Shown one piece after another: positions 1 to 8,115 of a stretch of 64,000 nucleotides of DNA (position 1 is the stretch's first letter; each line of letters starts with the position of its first letter). The translations under genes and the position numbers were made by a program. Source of the stretch: an uncultured Candidatus Saccharibacteria bacterium. Lineage in GTDB: Bacteria > Patescibacteriota > Minisyncoccia > UBA6257 > 1-14-0-10-44-23. The notes under the pieces were generated by a model. That model worked only from the letters and a program-made list of their open reading frames with translations, ran no database searches and had not been told where the DNA came from. Where the stretch lies: the NCBI GenBank assembly GCA_964394435.1, contig CAYMXN010000003.1, forward strand, positions 635 through 64,634, written 5' to 3'.

Positions 1-768
1 ATATTCCCATACACCACCTGCAAGCCCGGAGCGACTCGTGCGTGTTTCCATTATCAAATCGGTTTGTGTCCGGGGGTGTGTATCGGCCAGGCGGATAAAA
101 AGGAGTATGCGGAGCTGATTCGTAATCTCATTCTGTTTTTCCGCGGAGACAAGAAGCGCTTGTTGGCGCGGCTCAAAAAGCAAAACCCTGAAGCGATCCG
201 GTCGTTGCAGCACGTTTCTGATGTCTCGCTGCTTTCGGGTTCTGATAACTTTATGAAGCAGGGCGGTCAGTTTGCGGTTGGCCGCATCGAGGGCTATGAC
301 ATCTCGCACTTGTCTGGCAAGGAAGCGGTTGGCTCGATGGTGGTCTTTGAAAACGGTGAAAAAGATACGAGTCAGTATCGGCTATTTAAGATTAAGGGTG
401 AGGCGCGTGATGACTTGGGGATGTTGCGTGAGGTGCTCGAGCGGCGCATGGCGCATAAAGAGTGGCCAATGCCCGACGTCTTTTTTATCGACGGTGGTTT
501 GCTGCAGGTGAAAACAGCGCGGGACACGATTGCGCGGCATCAGATTTTTGTTCCGGTGGTGGGGCTGAATAAGAGTGGCAAGCACGCGGCATCAGCAGCG
601 GGGGAGGATAAACTCGTAGCCCTGAATGCGAAGAAGACCGGGAAGGAGTTGCTGCTTGGGTCTAAAAAACTCTTTCAAGAGGTTAGAAACGAAGCTCATC
701 GATTTGCGATCCAGTTCAGCCGCAGGCAGATACGCAAGGGAAGTTTTGGTTGGCGCCACTCGTTATAA
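1..768 (+). CDS. uvrC: Excinuclease ABC subunit C (UvrC), partial. The 5' end lies upstream of the window. The protein ends after the EndoV-like domain and no C-terminal (HhH)2 is encoded.
   Basis: Frame 1 is open from nt 1. The Cys-rich segment CKPGATRACFHYQIGLCPGVC is followed by the UvrC catalytic signature RIEGYDISHLSG...VVFENGE...YRLFKIK and a late ...EAHRFAIQFSRRQ motif. The stop at 766-768 is followed by an intergenic region. Confidence 0.8.
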   Translation: MFPYTTCKPGATRACFHYQIGLCPGVCIGQADKKEYAELIRNLILFFRGDKKRLLARLKKQNPEAIRSLQHVSDVSLLSGSDNFMKQGGQFAVGRIEGYDISHLSGKEAVGSMVVFENGEKDTSQYRLFKIKGEARDDLGMLREVLERRMAHKEWPMPDVFFIDGGLLQVKTARDTIARHQIFVPVVGLNKSGKHAASAAGEDKLVALNAKKTGKELLLGSKKLFQEVRNEAHRFAIQFSRRQIRKGSFGWRHSL

Positions 769-824
769 AGAAGATACGCATCTTGACTAAAAGTCAGTAA
801 AATTGTTAAAATAGCTTCTAGAGT

Positions 825-1658
825 ATGAAGCCACAGAGTAAAAAGCCGTTTCCAGCACACACCCCAAAATCACTAGATAAAAAGCCAATGGGCGAGAATA
901 AATCCAAGCTCAAAACCGGCTGGGGCAATGTTGCCGACTGGTATCACGACGTTGTCGAAGAAAAAGGGAGTTATCAAAAAGACTTAATTCTACCAAACCT
1001 ACTCCGATTGATGGATGTTAAAAAAGGTGAGATGATTCTCGATCTCGCTTGCGGAGAGGGGTTTTTTAGTCGTCGCCTCGCACGATTAGGCGCACGGGTT
1101 ATTGGGATCGATATCTCGCGTGAACTTATCGAAATCGCCAAAAATGATCCAGAAGGAGTTGATGTGCGATACGAAGTCGCTCCAGCCGACAGTATTCCAT
1201 CGGTCAAAAACGAAACAGTTGATAAGGCGACAATTATTCTCGCATTACAGAATATCGAAAACGCACACGGCACGCTCGCCGAGTGCAGCCGGGTACTGAA
1301 GAAAAATGGTAAGTTGTATATCGTACTCAATCATCCAGCATTTCGTATTCCAAAACAAAGCAGTTGGGGATATGACGAAAAAACTAATACGCAGTATCGT
1401 CGCGTTGACCGCTACCTTTCTGAACTGCGTGAGAAAATCCAGATGCACCCAGGCGAGCGCCCAGATGAGATGACCATCTCATTTCATCGACCGTTTCAGT
1501 TTTATTTCAAAGCATTCAAGAAAGCCGGTCTTGCTGTGGTGAATATGGAAGAGTGGAGCTCGGGGAAAAAGAGTCAGCCTGGTCCACGCGCAGAAGCAGA
1601 GAACCGCTCACGCGCCGAGTTTCCGATGTTTATGGTGTTCGAGTTGATTAAGCTCTAA
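825..1658 (+). CDS. Class I SAM-dependent methyltransferase
   Basis: Motif I ILDLACGEGFFS is followed by an acidic residue after beta2 (VIGIDIS) and a later LKKNGKLYI motif, typical of Methyltransf_11/25. Confidence 0.7.
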   Translation: MKPQSKKPFPAHTPKSLDKKPMGENKSKLKTGWGNVADWYHDVVEEKGSYQKDLILPNLLRLMDVKKGEMILDLACGEGFFSRRLARLGARVIGIDISRELIEIAKNDPEGVDVRYEVAPADSIPSVKNETVDKATIILALQNIENAHGTLAECSRVLKKNGKLYIVLNHPAFRIPKQSSWGYDEKTNTQYRRVDRYLSELREKIQMHPGERPDEMTISFHRPFQFYFKAFKKAGLAVVNMEEWSSGKKSQPGPRAEAENRSRAEFPMFMVFELIKL

Positions 1659-1704
1659 AAAATAAAAGAGCTCGGACCGTCAGCAAAGTGCTGCGATACG
1701 AGCT

Positions 1705-1905
1705 CTAGGGGGCAGGGAAGTCCTCTGCGATGATGCGCAGTGCTTTTTTCTTAGTGATGTAATTGAACGCGAAGCACTCACAATCTTCTTCTTCTCCTTC
1801 TTCTTCGCAATCACACTCGAGCAAAGACCACCATTCGACATACCTATGTCCGAGCCTGGGAAGTGTTCGGCAGATGTGTGGGCCGCTATGGCCAATGACT
1901 CGCAA
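1705..1905 (-). CDS. Hypothetical small protein with an acidic Cys-rich C-terminal cluster (ECDCEEEGEEEDCEC). The start is uncertain; the frame stays open upstream to about 2020 and has a TTG start.
   Basis: ORF from the six-frame track. A GHSGPH...EWW segment precedes the Cys/Glu cluster. An AAGGAGG sequence lies in frame upstream. A second frame (1680..1925) also overlaps, so the gene model is ambiguous. Confidence 0.25.
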   Translation of the reverse strand: MRVIGHSGPHICRTLPRLGHRYVEWWSLLECDCEEEGEEEDCECFAFNYITKKKALRIIAEDFPAP

Positions 1906-2062
1906 ACATTCGCGATGTGAGCCATCTCCGTCCCCAGGGAGTCCCGTGTAGAACTCGAAGTCGTAGTCCGGAATCAGATACTCGCATCGCTCTTTGGAAT
2001 GAGGGATACGCGCCTCCTTTCGTAGATGTAGAGTATAACTTAACTGCTATAGCGTCAAATAT

Positions 2063-2089
2063 AAAACCACCCCTCTGCGGGGTGGTTTT
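2063..2089 (-). terminator. Rho-independent terminator (potentially bidirectional)
   Basis: AAAA-CCACCCC-tctgc-GGGGTGG-TTTT, a perfect 7-bp GC stem flanked by A and T runs, immediately 3' of the minus-strand gene 2098..2559. Confidence 0.6.
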
Positions 2090-2097
2090 GAGTAAGA

Positions 2098-2559
2098 CTA
2101 TCCTTTCGAACTTTCTCCCTTAACCACTCCTTTGACCATAAAGCGGACCATGACCGCGTCTCCGTTTGGATTGTTCGCAGCCACATCAGTCGAAGCATTA
2201 AATACGCCGTTTCCATCATCGGTATGTAGCATCGCCCAGTAATACTTCCCCGGGGTAAGGGTGACGATGACATTCATATTGTAACGAATCCCGGCTGGAA
2301 TTAGGGTGCTCGAACCAACAATCGCGCCAGGTGCGCCATTTACATCTTCGTGAATTACAACAAATCCTGGGGTGACAAGACTAACCGAGTCGACGAGAAC
2401 GCCGAGGTTGTTAGGATTCTGATCAGCAACGATGAGTGCGTTCGCATCTCCCGGTAAGATAGCTTGCGGAGTGTTTACGGCACTTTTACGCATAGCGAGG
2501 AAGTAAATGCCAAGAATAACGAGGACGATAACAATGATCCAGATAATAATTTTTTTCAT
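2098..2559 (-). CDS. Secreted/anchored hypothetical protein (N-terminal TM anchor MKKIIIWIIVIVLVILGIYFL)
   Basis: Strong N-terminal hydrophobic anchor followed by a Gly/Asn/Val-rich beta-type soluble domain. Same architecture as the 5024 and 6692 genes. Confidence 0.55.
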   Translation of the reverse strand: MKKIIIWIIVIVLVILGIYFLAMRKSAVNTPQAILPGDANALIVADQNPNNLGVLVDSVSLVTPGFVVIHEDVNGAPGAIVGSSTLIPAGIRYNMNVIVTLTPGKYYWAMLHTDDGNGVFNASTDVAANNPNGDAVMVRFMVKGVVKGESSKG

Positions 2560-2574
2560 AATAGGTTAGGTTAA

Positions 2575-3588
2575 TTATACATACGCTTCTTCTGGCACGA
2601 CCTTGCCAGTAATTCGTTCAATGACATGCATAACCGCATCATCGTTCATCTCTTTAATAGTTGCTCCTTGCTTTCGCTTGATATCTCGAACATAGGCGAT
2701 AACACCCTTGATGGCTTCTAAATCTTTTTTCCTCACAGTTGGACTAGTTGCTGCAGGGGAGTCGATGAGTGAGAGGTAACGAGTTAACTGGAGCTCAATC
2801 TCTTTTAAAAAGATCATTTGAGCCGGATGTTCCTTCATACGATTCTTGGCTTCGGAGTGCTTTTGTCCAAGTAGAGAACTTGATTTCGCGCTCCGCTCGA
2901 GTTCGCGCAGTTGAGCGAGTTGCTTGATGAGTTTAAAACAATCAGCGCTATCAACGCCGACAACAACCGGTACAACGCCTTCGAGCTTACCCTTAGTATG
3001 TGGATCGGCTTTTGAGTGGAAGTACTTAACTACCGCCGGTCCATCAACTTGAGCATCTTTGCGTCCGAGTACGCGCTTGGTACTGTAATGGATTTTTTTC
3101 TCAATCGCCTGGGTCTTGCGATTAAGCGAAGCATCAACTGCTAAGGCGACGCGGTGAATTCCACCTTTTTGTGTCTTAACTGAAAATTCGAGCACGCCAT
3201 CGATGCCTTTATAGTCGTCATACTTAGCCGTACGAACATAGTGAGCCGTTACCGAGCCGGCCGAGAACCAGCCAAACTCTTCAACACCTTGCTCAAGTAT
3301 TGCTTCAAGTGCCTCACCAATTTGCTCCGCGCGCGCTTCAGTCTCGGTTGTTCGCAAGGACTGATGTTCAAGGCGCTTTTCATGCACCCAGGTTTCATCA
3401 TCTAAAATTTCTTGTTCAGGATACACACCTAAAAACGTATGCGGGTCGATACGATTGCCAATTTGCTTTCCGTGTTCATTAGTTCTGTTTTTGCCATAAT
3501 TAATAACCGTTTCGATTTCGCGACGCGGCCACGCTGGCTCATTTGGTTCTGCAATATGTGGGCGTTCAAATGCTCGGCCTTCAAACAT
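2575..3588 (-). CDS. Hypothetical protein, 337 aa, no recognisable motif
   Basis: Long clean ORF on the minus strand, ending just before the 2098..2559 gene and starting right after the 3619-3655 terminator. No known signature was identified by eye. Confidence 0.5.
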   Translation of the reverse strand: MFEGRAFERPHIAEPNEPAWPRREIETVINYGKNRTNEHGKQIGNRIDPHTFLGVYPEQEILDDETWVHEKRLEHQSLRTTETEARAEQIGEALEAILEQGVEEFGWFSAGSVTAHYVRTAKYDDYKGIDGVLEFSVKTQKGGIHRVALAVDASLNRKTQAIEKKIHYSTKRVLGRKDAQVDGPAVVKYFHSKADPHTKGKLEGVVPVVVGVDSADCFKLIKQLAQLRELERSAKSSSLLGQKHSEAKNRMKEHPAQMIFLKEIELQLTRYLSLIDSPAATSPTVRKKDLEAIKGVIAYVRDIKRKQGATIKEMNDDAVMHVIERITGKVVPEEAYV

Positions 3589-3618
3589 ACCTATATTCTA
3601 TCACGCGCTTTTGAGAAT

Positions 3619-3655
3619 AAAAAAAACGGCGGGCTCCCCAGGGAACTCCCGCCGT
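3619..3655 (-). terminator. Rho-independent terminator downstream of the GC-rich gene 3685..3993
   Basis: A-run (3619-3626) then stem CGGCGGG...CCCGCCG. On the minus strand the hairpin is followed by a U-run. Confidence 0.5.
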
Positions 3656-3684
3656 AGAATCTGACCGTTCGTCCGCGTAGCGAA

Positions 3685-3993
3685 CTACAGGTCAGCGACC
3701 GACTCGTCTCGTCGCGCCCGCTCGGGCGTGGGGAAGGGACCCTTCCCATAACCTTCGAGCAATCGCTGACCAAGACTCGGCTTACGCGTCGTGCGCTGCG
3801 TGGTCTTGCGACCAGGGGCGCGCCGTCGCGTCTTCGGCCGACTACCGAGGTTGCTGGCGACGTCTCGCAGGACGTCCGCCCGCACATCGGGATCGGTGAT
3901 GCCGCGCGCGTCGAGCTCGGCGTAGATGAACGGGCGCATGCCCTTGGGCTTGCCCGCCGCCCTCCACCGCTTCACTACCGCATCGGCAACCAT
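3685..3993 (-). CDS. Hypothetical GC-rich small protein with an Arg/Lys/Thr-rich C-terminal tail (...VADAVVKRWRAAGKPKGMRPFIYAELDARGITDPDVRADVLRDVASNLG-SRPKTRRRAPGRKTTQRTTRKPS...)
   Basis: ATG at 3993. Codons end almost exclusively in G/C, unlike the neighbouring genes. Hairpins flank both ends. Several overlapping ORFs in other frames are typical of high-GC DNA and were discounted. Confidence 0.45.
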   Translation of the reverse strand: MVADAVVKRWRAAGKPKGMRPFIYAELDARGITDPDVRADVLRDVASNLGSRPKTRRRAPGRKTTQRTTRKPSLGQRLLEGYGKGPFPTPERARRDESVADL

Positions 3994-4153
3994 CTGAACC
4001 TGAACCGTGGGACGACTGATAGAACACCTCCTTGAATGCGTGGTTTCTGACCGTCTGGTTCGTCAGTATTATAGCACACTTTAAGGTATTTTTCAAGAGC
4101 TCGAAAAGCCTGTAAAACAGGGCAAAAATGAGTAAATCTGCTACACTCATCAT

Positions 4154-5014
4154 ATGAGTAAACCACGTATAGGCGCTCACGTTTCTGTTGCGGGCGGCTT
4201 ATATAAAGGAATAGAAAATGGCACCGCCATCGGCGCGGAGTGTATTCAGATTTTTGGTGCGAGTCCGCGACAGTGGGGAGCGAGTCTGCCAAGTGCCGTT
4301 GAGGTGCAGAAGTTTAAAGACGCGTGGAAAGCGAGCAGTATTCAGTCTGTATTGTTGCACGCACCATATCTGAATAATCTCGCAAGTCCGGAAGCAGCGA
4401 CGATTGCTAAAACAATTAAAAATATGACTGCGCATATGACGATCGCCAAGATGATTGGGGCGACGGGCGTAGTGTTTCACACCGGCTCGGGTAAGGTGGA
4501 GGGCGTTCCTGCGCGAGAGGCGTCGCTGAAAAAAGCAGTAGAGGTGATGAAGCAGATTTTAAAAAATACTCCGGGCGATACAAAGCTGATTATTGAAAAC
4601 GTCGCCGGTGGGGGTGCGCGCCTAGCGGCTACGCCAAAAGAAATCGGGCAGATGGTTGATATGTGCGCGGATGACCGTGTCGCAGTTTGCTATGACACTG
4701 CGCACGGGTTTGAGGCGGGATTAATTCATGAGCACACCCCGGCAACAGTTAAGAAATTATTTGATGAGTTTGAGAAATATGTCGGGTGCGAGCGGATTAT
4801 CGCCGTACACGCCAACGACAGTAAGACTGAATTCGACTCGCATCACGATCGTCATGAGAATATTGGCCAGGGGTTCATCGGCAAAGATGCGTTTACCTAT
4901 CTTGCAGCTGAAAAGCGACTCGCACACACGCACTGGTTCCTCGAGGTGCCTGGGTATGACGGCCTCGGTCCGGACAAGAAAAACGTTGACATCTTAAAAG
5001 CTTGCCTCTCATAA
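4154..5014 (+). CDS. nfo: Endonuclease IV (AP endonuclease family 2)
   Basis: Full-length match to the Nfo fold signature: GAHVS...LLHAPYLNNLASP...VVFHTGS...IIENVAGGG...CYDTAHGFEAG...VHANDSK...HENIGQGFIG. Confidence 0.9.
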   Translation: MSKPRIGAHVSVAGGLYKGIENGTAIGAECIQIFGASPRQWGASLPSAVEVQKFKDAWKASSIQSVLLHAPYLNNLASPEAATIAKTIKNMTAHMTIAKMIGATGVVFHTGSGKVEGVPAREASLKKAVEVMKQILKNTPGDTKLIIENVAGGGARLAATPKEIGQMVDMCADDRVAVCYDTAHGFEAGLIHEHTPATVKKLFDEFEKYVGCERIIAVHANDSKTEFDSHHDRHENIGQGFIGKDAFTYLAAEKRLAHTHWFLEVPGYDGLGPDKKNVDILKACLS

Positions 5015-5023
5015 TATCTATAT

Positions 5024-5434
5024 ATGAAAAAAACACTTATTGTCCTTGCTGTCGTAGTAATCGCTGGTGCGCTCGCATATGCACGGTGGCGTCCGGTTTC
5101 TGCGCCAACGCCTATTAGTACAGAGAGCGCTAATATTAAAGTACTCGCTCCGGCTCCGTACGCAGAAATTACTTCGCCACTTATTGTAAGTGGTGAGGCG
5201 CGAACATTCGAACAGTCGTACGCGTATCGTCTCGTTGATGAAAATGGAGATATGCTCGTCGAAGGGTTTGGTACGGCAAATGCGACTGATATTGGCATCT
5301 TTGGACCGTTTGAATCGACGATTACATTTGCAAAGCCCCAATCGGCAAAGCGAGGAGTGCTTGAGGTATTTCAGTACTCGGCCAACGATGGGTCGGAAAT
5401 TGATAAGGTGAGCATTCCAGTGGTATTTAAATAG
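5024..5434 (+). CDS. Secreted Ig-like (Gmad2/GerMN-like) domain protein
   Basis: N-terminal anchor MKKTLIVLAVVVIAGALAYA then a roughly 110-aa beta-rich domain (...ITSPLIVSGEARTFEQSYAYRLVDENGDMLVEG...) resembling Gmad2 immunoglobulin-like domains. Confidence 0.5.
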   Translation: MKKTLIVLAVVVIAGALAYARWRPVSAPTPISTESANIKVLAPAPYAEITSPLIVSGEARTFEQSYAYRLVDENGDMLVEGFGTANATDIGIFGPFESTITFAKPQSAKRGVLEVFQYSANDGSEIDKVSIPVVFK

Positions 5435-5435
5435 T

Positions 5436-5621
5436 ATGAACAAGAAAATAGTTATTCTGATTATCCTAATACTGGCAGCGCTGCTGATTGGTCTACGCGT
5501 GAGTAAGCGAGAGGCTCCCGAACAGGTATTTTGTACGCAAGAAGCTAAGCAGTGTCCAGACGGAAGTTATGTCGGCCGAACTGGGCCGAAGTGTGAGTTC
5601 GCGCCGTGCCCAGTGCAGTAG
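5436..5621 (+). CDS. Small membrane-anchored Cys-containing protein (61 aa)
   Basis: MNKKIVILIILILAALLIGL anchor then C..QC.DG...C.FAPC. It starts 2 nt after the preceding gene. Confidence 0.4.
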   Translation: MNKKIVILIILILAALLIGLRVSKREAPEQVFCTQEAKQCPDGSYVGRTGPKCEFAPCPVQ

Positions 5622-5705
5622 GAGTGTCGTCACGGTTTAGGGAAGGCATTCGTTAAGCTATACTAGAAGTACGTTATTACCATTAAAAGCATTTGTATCA
5701 CCTAT

Positions 5706-6665
5706 ATGATGAAGTCGTTCATAGTATCATTAACCGTTCTCTCGTTGGTTACGCCAACTGCAGCAGTATTTGCCGAGGACGGAGTGAGTGGATCAGCAAG
5801 TGGCAATGGAAGTATTGAGATTGATAGCAGCGCCTCTGACGCTGCTAAAATCGAAGCGGCGAAGTGCGCGCAGAATTGCGCAGTTAGAATGAATCCGCTT
5901 GATATCAAGGTGTGTCTTGAAAAGTGCGCCGCTCCAATTTTAAAGCGCGCAGGTATTAATGAAGCAGCTCGCGAAGCAGTCAAAGAGGCTCGTGGTGAGT
6001 TCAAAGACTCTCGCAAAGACGCAATCGAGGATTTACAAGATGACCGCAAGAGTGGCTTAGATGATTTAAAGGAGGTTCGCCAGTCAGGAGATCGCGATGC
6101 GTTTGTCAAAGCTCGTGCCGAGTTCGAGCTTAAGATGAAAGCAAGCCGCGAAGAGTTAAAGACAAAGCTCGAGGACAACCGCAAAGCGTTAGTTGAGAAA
6201 TTGAAGGGTATTAAAGATGAGCGTAAGAAAGAAACGACCGAGCGTATTTACACGAACTTGAACGAGGTAAACAAAAAGACGACCACCGAGATGACAGAAA
6301 ACCTTGGAAAGATTTCAGAGTTCTTGGTGAAGTTGTCTGATCGCGCAAAGACTGCCGCGACCAACGGAAAGGACGTCGCTTCAGCTCAAGCGCAAATTAC
6401 TGCAGCGCAAGCTGCCGTAGCAACCGCCCAGGCCGCAGTTACGGTTCAAGCCGGTAAGACGTATAGCGTAAACGTAACCACCGAGGCGAATCTTCAGGCC
6501 GCAGCAAAGACTGTCCGCGATCAGCTCTTTGCCGATCTTAAGGCGACTCGTGAACAGGTTAAGTCAGCGCGCGATGCTGCGCAAAAAGCAGCGACAACGC
6601 TCGCGCAGTCTCTCGGTGCTCAAGCAACAGTCAGCGCCTCAACTAGCGCTGCAGTTGGTCAATAA
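5706..6665 (+). CDS. Secreted coiled-coil protein (signal peptide, Cys pair, long charged helical repeats, Ala/Gln/Thr-rich C-terminus)
   Basis: Signal-like MMKSFIVSLTVLSLVTPTAAVFA, then highly charged KD/RE heptad-like repeats and an AQAQITAAQAAVATAQAAV low-complexity tail. Confidence 0.55.
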   Translation: MMKSFIVSLTVLSLVTPTAAVFAEDGVSGSASGNGSIEIDSSASDAAKIEAAKCAQNCAVRMNPLDIKVCLEKCAAPILKRAGINEAAREAVKEARGEFKDSRKDAIEDLQDDRKSGLDDLKEVRQSGDRDAFVKARAEFELKMKASREELKTKLEDNRKALVEKLKGIKDERKKETTERIYTNLNEVNKKTTTEMTENLGKISEFLVKLSDRAKTAATNGKDVASAQAQITAAQAAVATAQAAVTVQAGKTYSVNVTTEANLQAAAKTVRDQLFADLKATREQVKSARDAAQKAATTLAQSLGAQATVSASTSAAVGQ

Positions 6666-6691
6666 GGTATAATCAAAGTAATCTCATACGT

Positions 6692-6910
6692 ATGAAAAAA
6701 CTAATTTGGTTGATCGTTATCGTCGCGGTGGTTGCGGGAGCCTGGTACTTGATGTCTGGGAAAGCTCCAGTAAACACTGATACTGCCACCCAGCAAGATG
6801 CACAACAGATTACCGCTGAAGCTTCGGCAATTAGTAATCTCCCAGGTCTCGACGACGCTTCGCTCAATGCCGAGTTCAAGCAAATCGACGCAGACAGCAA
6901 GAGTCTCTAG
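6692..6910 (+). CDS. Small membrane-anchored protein (72 aa)
   Basis: MKKLIWLIVIVAVVAGAWYLM anchor and a short acidic tail, followed by a terminator. Confidence 0.4.
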   Translation: MKKLIWLIVIVAVVAGAWYLMSGKAPVNTDTATQQDAQQITAEASAISNLPGLDDASLNAEFKQIDADSKSL

Positions 6911-6920
6911 TGAATAATTC

Positions 6921-6946
6921 AAAAACAGCCCTCCGGGGCTGTTTTT
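6921..6946 (+). terminator. Rho-independent terminator
   Basis: AAAAA-CAGCCC-tccg-GGGCTG-TTTTT. Confidence 0.6.
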
Positions 6947-6962
6947 GTTGTATGCTTACTAT

Positions 6963-8108
6963 ATGAAGCGTTTAGGCAGTTTCGCGATCTCAATGGTTTT
7001 ACTCTGGCTTTTAATAACGCCAGCTTTTGCGCAGACCGCGAAACGGTTTGGATTTATCGAGGGCAATATTTGGTACTCCAAAGATCCGTTTTTTGACGGA
7101 GATAAAATTCGTATTTATTCAGGCGTTATAAATAGTACCGGTCAGGATATCACCGGCAGTGTTGAGTTTTATGATGGCACGGAGCTCATTGGGAAAGTGG
7201 ATTTTTCCGCCGTGGGTAACGGTACGCTTCAGCAAGTATGGACAGATTGGACTGCGACTAAAGGAACGCATAAAATCTCCGCAAAAATTATCCAGGCGAA
7301 TATTGCTAAAGTAGGGGGAGGCGCCGAGCCGGTTGCGCTGGCAAACAGCAGCTCGGGAGAGGATAACCGATTTGTTGATTTTGATACTGATGCTGATGGG
7401 ATCGGGAACCTTAATGATACTGATGACGATGGCGACGGACTAACTGACGCGCAGGAGATAGCGAGCCATACCGATCCACTAAAAAAAGATACGGATGGCG
7501 ATGGGATTGCTGACAAAGAAGATGCGCACCCCCTAGTTGCCGATGTGCAGACCGCCACCTCAACAATCGCGGACATTATTCAGAGCGCCGGACCGGTTGT
7601 AAATCAAGTTGCCTCGACTACCGCTGCAGTAGCTACGAACATAGTGCAGGCGATTAATAATCTCGCCGACGCTGGTGCTGTGAAACTTGATACGAAAGCC
7701 GATGAGTTGAAAAAAGAGATTGCTGAATTAAAAAAAGAGGAGGAGGCGGCAAAGCAAGGGGATGCACAAATTGAGCAGCTCAAGCAGAGTACTTCTACCA
7801 TAGCGGCTACGGGTGGTAAGCCGGATGTTGCGGGAACTGCTACCTCAAAAGGAACATCCACCGCTTCAACCACGTCCGAGAAAGCAACGAACTGGTCATT
7901 TACCAAAAATACCGGACCAGTTGAGACGGCAAAGCCTAAAGTGAGTTCGTCTAAGCGGCTGATGAAGGAGTTTTATCTCGTGGTAATTTCGACGACCTCG
8001 TTTATCCTCAAACACAAGCTTTTATTGTATTTCGTAGTCCTTGTGGTAGCCTACAACATGCTGAAGTTTATCCTGCGCAGGCTTTTTAGGCGCAAGGAGG
8101 CTTACTAG
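6963..8108 (+). CDS. Secreted calcium-binding repeat protein (thrombospondin type-3-like DxDxDG repeats) with a C-terminal TM anchor
   Basis: Signal peptide MKRLGSFAISMVLLWLLITPAFAQ. Repeats DTDADGIGNLNDTDDDGDGLTDAQE...DTDGDGIADKED. C-terminal hydrophobic helix LLLYFVVLVVAYNMLKFIL followed by RRLFRRK. The track start at 6945 is a TTG; the ATG at 6963 is the more likely start. Confidence 0.6.
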   Translation: MKRLGSFAISMVLLWLLITPAFAQTAKRFGFIEGNIWYSKDPFFDGDKIRIYSGVINSTGQDITGSVEFYDGTELIGKVDFSAVGNGTLQQVWTDWTATKGTHKISAKIIQANIAKVGGGAEPVALANSSSGEDNRFVDFDTDADGIGNLNDTDDDGDGLTDAQEIASHTDPLKKDTDGDGIADKEDAHPLVADVQTATSTIADIIQSAGPVVNQVASTTAAVATNIVQAINNLADAGAVKLDTKADELKKEIAELKKEEEAAKQGDAQIEQLKQSTSTIAATGGKPDVAGTATSKGTSTASTTSEKATNWSFTKNTGPVETAKPKVSSSKRLMKEFYLVVISTTSFILKHKLLLYFVVLVVAYNMLKFILRRLFRRKEAY

Positions 8109-8115
8109 CAATACT

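Noticed and set aside
272-585. Short ORFs in alternative frames inside uvrC (272..511 plus; 382..585 minus)
   Set aside because: They are fully embedded in a well-supported conserved gene.
3842-4292. Minus-strand ORFs 3842..4180 and 3975..4292 overlapping the nfo promoter/start
   Set aside because: They span the GC-rich islet boundary and the nfo 5' end, with Arg/Ala-rich low-complexity translation.
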